Of a stretch of 64,000 nucleotides of DNA, positions 29,089-40,449 are shown piece after piece. Source of the DNA: Patescibacteria group bacterium (lineage in GTDB: Bacteria > Patescibacteriota > Microgenomatia > UBA10105 > UBA927). The notes below the pieces were generated by a model that saw only the letters and a program-made list of their open reading frames with translations, was not told the origin of the DNA and searched no databases. The translations under genes were made by a program, and so were the position numbers. Location: contig JAMCTH010000009.1 in NCBI GenBank assembly GCA_023379025.1, positions 5,092 through 69,091 of the forward strand. The letters run 5' to 3'. Position 1 is the stretch's first letter. Each line of letters opens with the position of its first letter.

Positions 29089-30171
29089 ATGGAATTTCTC
29101 CTTCCGGCTGCCGTGGCGGTGCTCGTCAGCTTTTCGCTAAGCCCCCTGGTCATCCGTTTCGCGCGGCGTTTCCGGCTCGTCGACAACCCGAAAACACGCT
29201 ATCATCCGGCGCACACGCATACGGGTATCATCCCGCGCGCGGGCGGGCTGGCAATCGCCCTCGGGGTCATCATTCCCTGCCTGTTCTTTCTGCCCCCCAC
29301 CAAACTGACCGTCGGAATCATTGCCGGCGTCGCCCTCCTTACGCTGGTCGGACTTGCGGATGACCGGCGGGATGTCAATCCCTATAAACGCCTCTTTACC
29401 AACGCACTCGCCGCACTCCTTGCGGTCGGTGCCGGTGCGGGTATTCCGTATGTTACCAATCCTCTCATGGGCGGCGTCCTACGGCTCGATTCCCTGCGCG
29501 TCTCGTTCACGTTCTTCGGTCCGCATTCCGTCCTGCTCTGGGCGGACATCGTTGCATTCCTCTGGATACTCTGGACCATGAACATCGTCGGGTGGTCCGC
29601 CGGGGTAGACGGACAGATGCCGGGGTTTGTGGCAATCGGCGCAATCACACTGGGCATGCTCTCGCTGAGATTCACGCTTGCCGATCCCAGGCAAAGCGCG
29701 GTGACAGTGCTTGCGGCTATTACCGCCGGCGCATTTGTGGGTTTCCTCCCCTGGAACTTCTATCCCCAGAAAATTATGCCCGGCTACGGCGGAAAAACCA
29801 TCGCCGGGTTTTTACTGGCACTTCTTGGCATCCTCTCATACGGCAAGCTCGGAACCGCGCTTCTCGTGCTCGGGGTACCGATGATCGATGCGGCCTATAC
29901 GCTCCTCCGGCGGGTGACCGGGAAAAAATCACTCGTTGCGGCGGACCGCGGACATCTGCATCACCGGCTTTTAGATCTCGGATGGGGAAAACGGCGGATC
30001 GCCTTGTTTTACTGGGGAGTCTCGGCTATACTGGGTGCAGTCGCCCTCCTCGTCAACAGTCAGCAGAAACTTTTTGCATTGCTGGTGGTTGCCGTAGGAG
30101 TCGGAGGGTTTCTGGTATGGGTGAACTTCTTTACGCAATTGTCAGAACCACAAGACCCAGACAGTGGCTGA
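29089..30171 (+). CDS. MraY/WecA-family polyprenyl-phosphate sugar-1-phosphate transferase
   Basis: PRAGGLAI, GLADD, GVDG, FLPWNFYPQKI and ADRGHLHHRL motifs. Confidence 0.9.
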   Translation: MEFLLPAAVAVLVSFSLSPLVIRFARRFRLVDNPKTRYHPAHTHTGIIPRAGGLAIALGVIIPCLFFLPPTKLTVGIIAGVALLTLVGLADDRRDVNPYKRLFTNALAALLAVGAGAGIPYVTNPLMGGVLRLDSLRVSFTFFGPHSVLLWADIVAFLWILWTMNIVGWSAGVDGQMPGFVAIGAITLGMLSLRFTLADPRQSAVTVLAAITAGAFVGFLPWNFYPQKIMPGYGGKTIAGFLLALLGILSYGKLGTALLVLGVPMIDAAYTLLRRVTGKKSLVAADRGHLHHRLLDLGWGKRRIALFYWGVSAILGAVALLVNSQQKLFALLVVAVGVGGFLVWVNFFTQLSEPQDPDSG

Positions 30172-31055
30172 AAAATCTTGCGCTCTTCACCCCGATCCTG
30201 TTTGCGGGACAACTCCTCGTTCCGACTCCCTTCCGGCAGACGGTATGGGGATTTGTTGCGTACTGCTTCCTTTCCTCATCAAATTATATCCTCAACGATA
30301 TTCTTGACGCGCCCCGTGACCGTAAGCACCCGTTCAAAAAATACCGCCCCATCGCGCGCGGCATCATCCCCGAACCGCTTGCCGTCATAATATCCGCGCT
30401 GTTTGCCATAGGAGGACTTTTCATCAGTCACACGCTCGGACAGTCCTTTTTCCTGCTCTCGATCCTTTTCCTCTTTCTCGAATATGCCTATTCGCTCTTC
30501 CTCAAGCACCTCACGGTCATCGATATCCTCGCGATCACCGCAGCATATTTCATCCGCGTCTATGCCGGGGAAGCGGCAACCGGGTTCCACATTTCCGTCT
30601 GGCTTGCACTGGCAGCACTTTCCCTTGCTCTTTTCCTCGCAATCGGCAAGCGCCGTGCGGAACTGACGCTGATCCAGGGATACCGCGGCGTCGTCCCGCA
30701 GGATACACGCGTCAGCCTCTCCCATTATTCCGAGAAGTTGCTCGATACCTATACCGCTATGTTTGCGAACTCAACATTTATCACGTATGCCTTCTTTACG
30801 TTTTTGGCGCGGCCGGAAAACAGAGGGCTTTTTTTCCAGAATTATACCGACTTCACACCGGATCTTGCCGACCGCAAATGGCTTATGCTGAGTATCCCTT
30901 TTGTCCTTTTCGGCATCATGCGGTACATGCAGCTTATTTACGAGGGGAAAGGGGAATCACCGGAAAAAATTCTGACGTCCGATCTGCCGCTTCTTCTGAC
31001 GGTCATTCTCTGGGTAGGGAGCGTCCTCATTGTTATTTACGGGATAGGAGGATAA
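30117..31055 (+). CDS. UbiA-family polyprenyl-phosphate phosphoribosyltransferase (DPPR synthase-like)
   Basis: RPRQWLKN, YILNDILD..RDRKHP.K..RPIA.G, YS..LKH...ID, KRRAEL and GESP motifs. Confidence 0.85.
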   Translation: MGELLYAIVRTTRPRQWLKNLALFTPILFAGQLLVPTPFRQTVWGFVAYCFLSSSNYILNDILDAPRDRKHPFKKYRPIARGIIPEPLAVIISALFAIGGLFISHTLGQSFFLLSILFLFLEYAYSLFLKHLTVIDILAITAAYFIRVYAGEAATGFHISVWLALAALSLALFLAIGKRRAELTLIQGYRGVVPQDTRVSLSHYSEKLLDTYTAMFANSTFITYAFFTFLARPENRGLFFQNYTDFTPDLADRKWLMLSIPFVLFGIMRYMQLIYEGKGESPEKILTSDLPLLLTVILWVGSVLIVIYGIGG

Positions 31056-31093
31056 AAGACACATCTGACGATTACCGGGGTTCGCGACTCCGG

Positions 31094-31978
31094 CTATTTT
31101 GTTTCCGTCGCGTACTGTCCGGAAACCCAGCCTTTATTCGTCCCGTCATAGGAAATCTCAAACCAGCCGTCCTGCTCATCAAAGACATGGAACGTCTCTC
31201 CGGGCTTCACCTGTGCGGCTTCCGTTGCGCCGGTTGTCGGCCCCATCCGTACCCGCAGGAATCCCGTCGGCGTATCGCTCACAACTATGTACGGCGTTTC
31301 CGGCGTGCCGGTTCCCCGGACGGATCCGGACGGCGAGGATCCTCCCTGCGTTTCCGAAGCTGTAATGGATGGTGACGGAGAGGCTTCCTCATTGGATACG
31401 CCGCCGGGAAAAAGTGCAAGTTTGATGCTCCCGATCAGTTTGTACCCTGGCGTTGTCTTTATCTTGAATGAACGGCTGAGAAACCCGGGTGAGGAAAGGG
31501 TCAGTGTGTGATCTCCCGCGGCGACTCCGGGGAGTGTCAGCGGAGTGACGCCTTTCGTGTCGCCGTCAAGAGATACGGCAGCACCTGCCGGGTTTGTTGT
31601 TACGGACAGTTCGGATGTAGTTCCGGAAATCTTTTCAAGCCACAGAACATCCACGGCAGTGGTAAAGTCTGAATCGGAAAGATTGGCATTGACATACGTC
31701 AGAAGATTTGGAGAAACCGTGACATTCCCCTGCCAACCGGCAAACGTACCCGTGGCGGCATCCGGAACCAGCTTGATGGTATATTCACCTGCGTTGACCT
31801 TTTCGTCATACGGAGACTTACCGAGACTGCTGCTATCGAGGAAAACATTGGCCGAGGGATCGGAATTGATCCGCAGTTCGCCTTGCCCGGGGTTTCTGTT
31901 TCCTAGTATTTTGACTATCCCGATGATGAGGACCGCGATACCGGCGAGTATAACGATGAATCCTATCTTGCGCTTCAT
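31094..31978 (-). CDS. PEGA-domain protein with C-terminal SH3-like domain
   Basis: N-terminal TM; two PEGA repeats (SDPSANVFLD...GKSP; TNPAGAAVSLDG...GVTP); TPTGFLRVR...GWFEI...GWVS. Confidence 0.85.
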   Translation of the reverse strand: MKRKIGFIVILAGIAVLIIGIVKILGNRNPGQGELRINSDPSANVFLDSSSLGKSPYDEKVNAGEYTIKLVPDAATGTFAGWQGNVTVSPNLLTYVNANLSDSDFTTAVDVLWLEKISGTTSELSVTTNPAGAAVSLDGDTKGVTPLTLPGVAAGDHTLTLSSPGFLSRSFKIKTTPGYKLIGSIKLALFPGGVSNEEASPSPSITASETQGGSSPSGSVRGTGTPETPYIVVSDTPTGFLRVRMGPTTGATEAAQVKPGETFHVFDEQDGWFEISYDGTNKGWVSGQYATETK

Positions 31979-32079
31979 GACAGTACCGATGATAACACAC
32001 TCAGTAAAAGGTGGGCAACCCGTTCATGAGGGACGCCACGCGGGCACAGTGCCTGCCATACCGCCGGATATCGGAAAAA

Positions 32080-32668
32080 TTAACGGTTTGTTTTGAGGAA
32101 CCAGTCTACGACACTGCGCAGAAATTCTTCACGTAGTACCTGCGGAACAATAGTAATTCCGTGATCGCCAGAATCCGGGTCCGACTTCTACTGTCAGTCC
32201 TGTGCTTCTGCTTTTTCTGGTTGAAATATGCTCCGCGTTTTATCGATTTATATGGATAGTATGCACCACAATTACAGAGAAGCGATGTAATGCCCGGAGG
32301 GTTGGCCAGCATGGCGGTAGCGGCTCCGAAAGATTGCGCAAATATCCCGATACGTCCTTTTACCACGTCTTCCCGTTCTTTCAGCCACTGCACCATATCC
32401 AAAACCTGCCGGGCTTGCCGCTCTATCGTCATCTCCTTATACGCACCTTCCGAATTCCCTCTGCCGGAAAAACTAAACTGAAGTGTTACGTAACCATTCC
32501 GTACAAGTCGTTCGGATATCTCATCAAACGAATTTTTGTACTCATGGAAATCCATTCCAAATCCTGATACAAATAGCACCGCAGGAAATGTTCCTTGTGT
32601 GGCAGGCTTCCACAATAACCCATCTATTTTTCCCCGTAGCGATTTGTAATCCACATATGCTCTTCCAT
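32080..32668 (-). pseudogene. Disrupted alpha/beta hydrolase
   Basis: MEEHMWITNRYGEK frameshifts into IDGLLWKP at an A-run near 32627; AQSFG elbow present; C-terminal GDHG...VVDWFLKTNR* lies in another frame after an apparent internal deletion. Confidence 0.7.
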
Positions 32669-32707
32669 ATATCCTTTGTTATCATGTAACGGTACATGAT
32701 AACAGAA

Positions 32708-33601
32708 TTATGTACGATATACCGCATCCATCCAATCGATAACTACGTTCACAAATTCCCTTTCCTTCCCTTCATAACCATGGGTCGTTTCGGGTATGAT
32801 AACACTTTTGTATCGTTTTGAACCGGTATGGGTATCAAAAACCTTTTGAATCTCGTCTATCGGGCGGTCTGCCGTCTCATCGCCGCCGGCAAGCGTCACG
32901 AGCAGGGGTTTGGTGATAGTCGAAAACGCTTCAAGCACATGTTCTGTATCACCGTAGTTGAAAACATCCTCCGGCGTATTGGGAGCCAGGAGGCTCCATG
33001 CGCGCCGGGCGGAGACCGGAAACCGGTGTGCCATAGTAAGGAGGGCGTCTCCCCTTCCTTTGGCAAGAAGGTCTTTGATTATGCCAAGATGCTCCTCATA
33101 CCCCTTTTTATCCGTCTTTTCCGACAACCGGTCGGACATGGGGCCGGCAAGGATGACGCCTCCGACTCTCGGATCGTCTCCGCTCTCCGCCGCGTAGTAA
33201 CAAACTTTATTGGCACCGGTACTGTGACCCGCAATCACGATCTCCGAAAATCCCTTCCCGGAAAGAAACGCTATTCCTGCTTCGATATCGTACACCGATT
33301 CCTCAAATACTTCGTAGGCTGCCCCGATCATCACATGATCACAGCCTCCTTTTGAGTCAGTACGTTTATGAATGTTTGCTATGATATCGTGCCCTCTGTT
33401 GTTGAATGCGGCAAATCCTATGCCCGCGCGGTTGAGAGAATCGGCAAGGCCATCGATGAGTTTCACATCCCCATAGAACCTTCCGGTCAGTCCGTGCACC
33501 CAAAGCAAAGCCTTATTCCCGGGTTTCTTTGGAGGACTTACGATCCCCTGGTGCACGAGATTATCCTTTGTCACAATTTCTGCAAGTTCGTAAAGCGCCA
33601 T
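32708..33601 (-). CDS. Alpha/beta hydrolase (DUF1749-like)
   Basis: WVHGL, NNRGHD, GHSTG nucleophile, GGDE and TTHGY motifs. Confidence 0.85.
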   Translation of the reverse strand: MALYELAEIVTKDNLVHQGIVSPPKKPGNKALLWVHGLTGRFYGDVKLIDGLADSLNRAGIGFAAFNNRGHDIIANIHKRTDSKGGCDHVMIGAAYEVFEESVYDIEAGIAFLSGKGFSEIVIAGHSTGANKVCYYAAESGDDPRVGGVILAGPMSDRLSEKTDKKGYEEHLGIIKDLLAKGRGDALLTMAHRFPVSARRAWSLLAPNTPEDVFNYGDTEHVLEAFSTITKPLLVTLAGGDETADRPIDEIQKVFDTHTGSKRYKSVIIPETTHGYEGKEREFVNVVIDWMDAVYRT

Positions 33602-33616
33602 CGCCCACATTATACC

Positions 33617-33650
33617 AAAAGCCCCGCTCATTGGCGGGACTCTCGGCTTT
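33617..33650 (-). terminator. Probable terminator hairpin downstream of groEL
   Basis: AAAGCC..CCCGC-loop-GCGGG..GGCTTT inverted repeat, followed by a short U run on the minus strand. Confidence 0.5.
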
Positions 33651-33693
33651 ATTATTTTTTGGTTTTGTTGGTTTTATTGCCTTTCTTGGGTTA

Positions 33694-35476
<1,783 letters not shown>

Positions 35477-35478
<2 letters not shown>

Positions 35479-35773
35479 ACTCAACGATTGCCAATACGTC
35501 TTTCTGCTCAACGATGGTCCATTCTTCCCCGTTTACCTTCACCTCGTTGCCGCCCCACTTTTTGTACATAACTTTCTGGCCGACCTTGACGACCATCTTC
35601 ACGGCATTGCCCTTGTCATCGGATGTCCCGGGTCCGACGGCCATGACGGTACCCATCTGGGGTTTCTCTTTTGCACTGTCGGGGAGAACGATGCCCGAAG
35701 GCAGGGTTTCTTCACCCGGAAGGGGTTTGATGAGGACATTATCAAATAACGGCTGAATGCTGATTTTTGCCAT
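35477..35773 (-). CDS. groS: Co-chaperonin GroES
   Basis: PLFDNVL, SGIVLPDSAKEKPQ.G.V.AVGPG and VKVGQKV motifs. Confidence 0.97.
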
Positions 35774-35871
35774 GAATCCTCCTTTTTCCGACGATCATCC
35801 CTGATGGATATATGGTGCCGTATCCATCCCTGATGAACATCGCACTCGTGTACGGTACGTTGTTCTCACGC

Positions 35872-35925
35872 TTGGCAGTCCTATATGATGAGTGCTATTT
35901 TAAATGCCGTAAAAAATCTTGTCAA
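35872..35925 (-). promoter_or_regulatory. groESL promoter with CIRCE (HrcA operator)
   Basis: Minus strand TTGACA (35925-20), 17 nt, TAAAAT (35902-897), then ATAGCACTC-N9-GACTGCCAA (35898-72) versus consensus TTAGCACTC-N9-GAGTGCTAA. Confidence 0.88.
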
Positions 35926-36850
35926 GAGGGATATTTACCTTTCTGAGACGCCTCGCGAATTCTTTCTTCACGATCTCCCGCGTATCTCTGGGATGGAACC
36001 GGATGAGCGTCGGGGTCGTGACTTCCTGTGTTTTCCGCTTCCTCATATAGCACAACTGCAGGTACATTGCCGGATATTCGAATACTCTCAGTACCCGGGT
36101 TCCGATCGCCGCGTAGCAGAGTCCGGGAAGAGACAGGAGTTCCGATACCATTCCCTGCCGCCGCCGGAAACGGCTGTCTTTTTCCTCTCCGGAAGCACCC
36201 GCCATCCGTTCCGCCCAGGCGGTCGGCAAGTAGGTCCCGGCCCATGCATTTGCCCGTAAAAACCGGAGATACGCGTCTTCTTTCGCGACAACGGGCCGCA
36301 TCTGCAGGACTTCGTGGGCGCTGAAAAAGTCCCGTTCTCCCGGCGGAACAGCCGGTGCGTGTTCATCCATAAACATATTGAGGCAGACGGTGTCTTTCAC
36401 CTGATCCGACCCCGGTCTTCTTCTCAGATGCAGCAGTTCCGCCGCAAGCGTTATGAAAAGACGGGATATCCACAGCGTCTTCGGGGAAACGATGCACATA
36501 AAATCGATATCCTCATCTTCCGGCGCGTTATTCATGGAGAGTCCGCCGGTGACGCCGACCAGGCGCACAGTGGGAAGAAAACCCAATACCCGCGCCGCAT
36601 GCCGCGCAATGAGCCATTTGCCCGCTGCGGCATGCTCGCGGTCCAGGCGAAGGCTGACGGTCCGGCTCCTTCCCCGCAGAAAATAATACGTCCTGCCGCG
36701 TACGGTCTTTGAACCGATAAGCCTGCTGCGCGTATCCGGTGCTGCCCCGGCATACCCCCATACCAGAAGTTCCTGCTTCGTCATCGGATATGCAAAGATA
36801 TCGGCATACGCAAGCGTTACATACGTCAGGCTACCGTCATATCCCTTCAT
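35900..36850 (-). CDS. Conserved hypothetical protein with nucleotidyltransferase-like motif
   Basis: TLAYADIFAYP, VTGGLSM..A..DEDID (GS...DxD-like), CLNMF and RFHPRD. Confidence 0.7.
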   Translation of the reverse strand: MKGYDGSLTYVTLAYADIFAYPMTKQELLVWGYAGAAPDTRSRLIGSKTVRGRTYYFLRGRSRTVSLRLDREHAAAGKWLIARHAARVLGFLPTVRLVGVTGGLSMNNAPEDEDIDFMCIVSPKTLWISRLFITLAAELLHLRRRPGSDQVKDTVCLNMFMDEHAPAVPPGERDFFSAHEVLQMRPVVAKEDAYLRFLRANAWAGTYLPTAWAERMAGASGEEKDSRFRRRQGMVSELLSLPGLCYAAIGTRVLRVFEYPAMYLQLCYMRKRKTQEVTTPTLIRFHPRDTREIVKKEFARRLRKVNIPLDKIFYGI

Positions 36851-36854
36851 GGGT

Positions 36855-38435
36855 TTATTGCGGGGGAGGAGCAGTCGCGGAAACAAGGCCGTATTTGGCC
36901 AAAACCTGTTGAAAGCCTGCTGCGGCGGTCTGCAGTACCGCGGTGGGTGCCGACCCCTGGGACAGTCCGTTGACCGCATCACCCAGATATTTTATAAGCT
37001 GGTCATTGATGCCGTCGTCAAACGTCCGCGATGCCAACGGGAACGATTTGGCGGTCTGGGCCTGGGAAATATATGCCCCCACCAGCGGATCGGACAGCAG
37101 TGATCTTCCGAGGTCTACGCGTGCATACGGCTCTCCGAACAGGCGTTCCTGCGACTCCTGCGTATAGAGTTTCGTTTCCACGTCGGCGGAGGTCAGGTAC
37201 TGGAGAAATTGCCATGCCGCGTCCGGGTTTTTGCTTTTTGCGGATACTCCTTCCGCCCAATAGGAAGCCCACGTCACGGTATTGCCCGGAAGCTGGGGGA
37301 TGGGAACGATCTTGAAATGCAGGTTGGGATTGATCTGTTTTATGTCAAATGCCCTCCAGGAAGGCGCCATGATCATAGCTACCTTTCCCGTTGCGAATGC
37401 GTAGATGGAATTATCCAGCGTGTCATTCCATGTATAGACCGGATCCGCCGGATCGGAAAACTTATGGTAGAAGATGAGTGTTTCTTCGGCTTCCTTGCCC
37501 GTAGGCTGGGCGAGGCTTGCCCCGTTCTGCATCATCATGGTTGCCAGAATATCGCTGTAGTTTTCAATGTTGCCCGTCGTACCGAGCGCAATAGCGGAGG
37601 TCGTTATGGTTGAGCCGTCTTTAACCGTCAGTTTTGGAACAACATTGAGGACATCCTCCCACGTCTGGGGAGGAGATACGCCGGCTGCGGAAAACAGGTC
37701 TTCGTTATAATAGAGCCCTAATCCGTCTATTTCCATGGGTATGCCGTAGATAGCCGAACCGGCCACCAAATCGGCGCTCGCCACCTTGTAATAGGTAGAA
37801 GCAAAGGCGGCGGGCGTTATGACGGTTGCCGGCACCTTGGCCAGTTCCGTCCGGAGCATCGCCACCCACGTGTTGTGGAACCGGAACACATCCGGTCCGT
37901 CCCCCCGGTCGATTGCCGCCTGGAGCCGCTGCCGGTACTGCTGGGGAGACTGCCGGGTATAGATAACATGTATGTGAGGATTTTTTGCCTCAAAATCCCG
38001 GAGAACGGACTCAAGCACCGGACTGTCTTCCCATAATCCCCAATACGAAATCGTCACGAGCTTCGGCCGGGACACGGCACCGAGCATAAACTTCGCCCCG
38101 ACCGCCACGCCGCCGATAAGAACCAGAAAAACCAGGATCATGAGGATGCGCTTGGGCAGTGAACTCCCGCCTCCGGACGCTACAGGCACCGGCGGGGTTT
38201 CAGCCGCAACACCCTGGGGGATAAACGGGTTCTCCGGTACCCCTGACGGTGCCGTACTCCCCCCTTGAGGCGGAGGGGAAGATGTGCCGGCGCCCCCTGC
38301 AGGGATGACGACCGTCTCCTGAATCGGAGGACCGGATGCTTCGGCAGTTTTGGATTGATCCAGTACCACGCCGCCTTCCTGAAACGGAGCCTGGAATGGG
38401 GACGATGGCGGAGGCGGAGTATCGTTCGGATCCAT
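36855..38435 (-). CDS. Membrane-anchored extracellular solute-binding protein (sugar ABC type)
   Basis: Pro-rich tail plus TM; YWGLWE, GPDVF, IYGIP..IDGLGLYYN, PPQTWE, FATGKVAM and AWQFLQYL motifs. Confidence 0.85.
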   Translation of the reverse strand: MDPNDTPPPPSSPFQAPFQEGGVVLDQSKTAEASGPPIQETVVIPAGGAGTSSPPPQGGSTAPSGVPENPFIPQGVAAETPPVPVASGGGSSLPKRILMILVFLVLIGGVAVGAKFMLGAVSRPKLVTISYWGLWEDSPVLESVLRDFEAKNPHIHVIYTRQSPQQYRQRLQAAIDRGDGPDVFRFHNTWVAMLRTELAKVPATVITPAAFASTYYKVASADLVAGSAIYGIPMEIDGLGLYYNEDLFSAAGVSPPQTWEDVLNVVPKLTVKDGSTITTSAIALGTTGNIENYSDILATMMMQNGASLAQPTGKEAEETLIFYHKFSDPADPVYTWNDTLDNSIYAFATGKVAMIMAPSWRAFDIKQINPNLHFKIVPIPQLPGNTVTWASYWAEGVSAKSKNPDAAWQFLQYLTSADVETKLYTQESQERLFGEPYARVDLGRSLLSDPLVGAYISQAQTAKSFPLASRTFDDGINDQLIKYLGDAVNGLSQGSAPTAVLQTAAAGFQQVLAKYGLVSATAPPPQ

Positions 38436-38485
38436 AGCTGTAGTACAATACGGGAACTTAAAACTTCCCTCCTTTTCATCATAGC

Positions 38486-39910
38486 ATGCATCAGGCAAAG
38501 AACAAGACTGTTCCCTTCCTCCGTCGGCGTATACCGGGGATGTGTATAAAAATTCTGGGTGCCATTGTCATCGGAATCTTTACGGTTGTACTGCTCGCCG
38601 TGTTTACGTATGAAGCGTACAATCAAAAATACCGTGAGCATGTCTTTCCCACCGTATCCGTCGGGAATATCCCGTTCGGCGGCAAAACGCCGGAAGAAGT
38701 GCAGGCCTACTGGCTCGGGAAAAATCAACCGTTTGAGGAACGTGCGTTTACCTTTACCTTTGAAGGGGAAACAGCGACGATATCGGGTACGGACCTCAAC
38801 CTCGGATACGATGCCACACTTTCCGCGACCCAGGCATATCTCGTCGGACGGTCGGGGAATCTTCTGACGGATCTTTTCGTCAGCCTGATCCCGTATCACA
38901 CCAACCTGTCCCCCTATTTCCGTTGGGACGACGGAACGCTTACCGGCATGCTCGCGGATATGAGCGACAGCATCGATATCCCGGTTCAGAATGCCCTGTT
39001 TGCCTATAAAAACGGCAGAGTTACCTCCTTTAAGCCGTCCAGGAACGGAAGACGCGTTAACATTGCCGAAGCCAAAAAACGGTTTACGGCCATTCTCGCA
39101 TCCGTACCGCATACAAACACGCATACCTTCACAATACCGCTGCCGGTGGATGTCATACATCCCGCCGTAACGACCGACGGAGCTAATACGTTCGGCATCC
39201 GGGAAAAGATCGGCGAAGGCTATTCGGAGTTCGCCGGATCCGCCGAGGAACGCATCCATAACATCGTCCTGGCAGCAACCAAAATCAACGGCATACTGGT
39301 CAGGCCGGGCGACACCTTTTCGCTCGATGATGCTCTCGGCGATATATCGGCAGCCACCGGGTTCCAGCCCGCCTATATCATACAAAACGGAAGGACTATC
39401 CTCGGCGACGGCGGGGGCGTCTGTCAGGTGTCAACGACCCTTTTCCGTGCGGCACTCAATGCGGGCCTGCCGATCGTCGAACGCCACGCGCATGCGTACC
39501 GGGTGCATTATTATGAAGAGGGGGGCTACAAACCCGGCATCGATGCGACGGTGTTTGCGCCGTCCGTGGATTTTAAATTTAAAAACGATACGCCGGGCTA
39601 TATCCTGATCCAAACAGTACTGGATCTTCGTAAACCATCCCTTACCTTCAATCTCTACGGCACGGGCGACGGCAGACAGGCAGAAATTCTGGACCAGCGC
39701 CTGTGGGCCGAGACCCCGCCGCCGCCGGATCTTTTTCAGGATGATCCGACGATTCCCGCGGGGATCGTGAAGCAGGTGGACTTTGCGGCATGGGGGGCAA
39801 AAGCGTCATTCCGATATCGGGTCACAAGAAACGGGCAAACAATCGAGGATGAGACGTTTAATTCGAACTATCAGCCCTGGCAGGCAGTGTACCTCAAAGG
39901 AACGAAATAG
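38486..39910 (+). CDS. VanW-family protein with peptidoglycan-binding region
   Basis: RIHNI, GGGVCQVSTTLFRAAL, GLPIVERHAH, DATV and DFKFKNDT motifs. Confidence 0.9.
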   Translation: MHQAKNKTVPFLRRRIPGMCIKILGAIVIGIFTVVLLAVFTYEAYNQKYREHVFPTVSVGNIPFGGKTPEEVQAYWLGKNQPFEERAFTFTFEGETATISGTDLNLGYDATLSATQAYLVGRSGNLLTDLFVSLIPYHTNLSPYFRWDDGTLTGMLADMSDSIDIPVQNALFAYKNGRVTSFKPSRNGRRVNIAEAKKRFTAILASVPHTNTHTFTIPLPVDVIHPAVTTDGANTFGIREKIGEGYSEFAGSAEERIHNIVLAATKINGILVRPGDTFSLDDALGDISAATGFQPAYIIQNGRTILGDGGGVCQVSTTLFRAALNAGLPIVERHAHAYRVHYYEEGGYKPGIDATVFAPSVDFKFKNDTPGYILIQTVLDLRKPSLTFNLYGTGDGRQAEILDQRLWAETPPPPDLFQDDPTIPAGIVKQVDFAAWGAKASFRYRVTRNGQTIEDETFNSNYQPWQAVYLKGTK

Positions 39911-39993
39911 GGACATGGCTCAATCATTGCATTGCTCCTTCGCAGAATTGCTGATAAGATCACAGAGTCCTTTATCAATAAACGAATCGCTTT

Positions 39994-40437
39994 ATGGAAC
40001 TCCATAACCAAACGGGCAACAAAAAAGTGGTTCTCGTCGGAGGGTGTTTCGACCTTCTTCACCTTGGACATATCAGCTTTCTCGAACAGGCAAAAAAACT
40101 CGGCGACCACCTGATCGTAGCGCTTGAATCCGACGAAAACGTCAGAAAGATGAAGGGGGACATGCGCCCCATCCACACGCAGGACCAGAGGAAACGGATG
40201 CTTCTTGCGGTCCGTTCGGTAGATGAGGTCTATGTGCTTCCGCCGATGACCGGGGACGCAGCGTATGACAAACTCGTTCGGGCTATCCGCCCCCAGGTCA
40301 TGGCGATTACGGAGGGCGATCCGATTACTGGTAAAAAACGCCGGCAGGCAGGCAGCATCGGAGCCCGTTTTGTGATTATTCCCAAAATTCACACCCCCTC
40401 CACCTCACAGCTCGCTAAACTTTTGGGTCTCGAGTAG
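39994..40437 (+). CDS. Cytidylyltransferase-family protein (RfaE domain II / FAD synthase-like)
   Basis: GGCFDLLHLGH (HxGH), LIVALESD, RPI and STS motifs. Confidence 0.85.
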   Translation: MELHNQTGNKKVVLVGGCFDLLHLGHISFLEQAKKLGDHLIVALESDENVRKMKGDMRPIHTQDQRKRMLLAVRSVDEVYVLPPMTGDAAYDKLVRAIRPQVMAITEGDPITGKKRRQAGSIGARFVIIPKIHTPSTSQLAKLLGLE

Positions 40438-40449
40438 AATACGCGGATC

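Noticed and set aside
29592-30116. Long N-terminal extension of the UbiA ORF
   Set aside because: It is a shadow frame over the WecA-like gene; the family signature begins at ATG 30117.
38180-39385. 401-aa antisense ORF and similar long shadow ORFs (1180-1989, 41679-42656, 47467-48375)
   Set aside because: They overlap well-supported genes on the opposite strand, show no motifs and are expected in GC-rich DNA.
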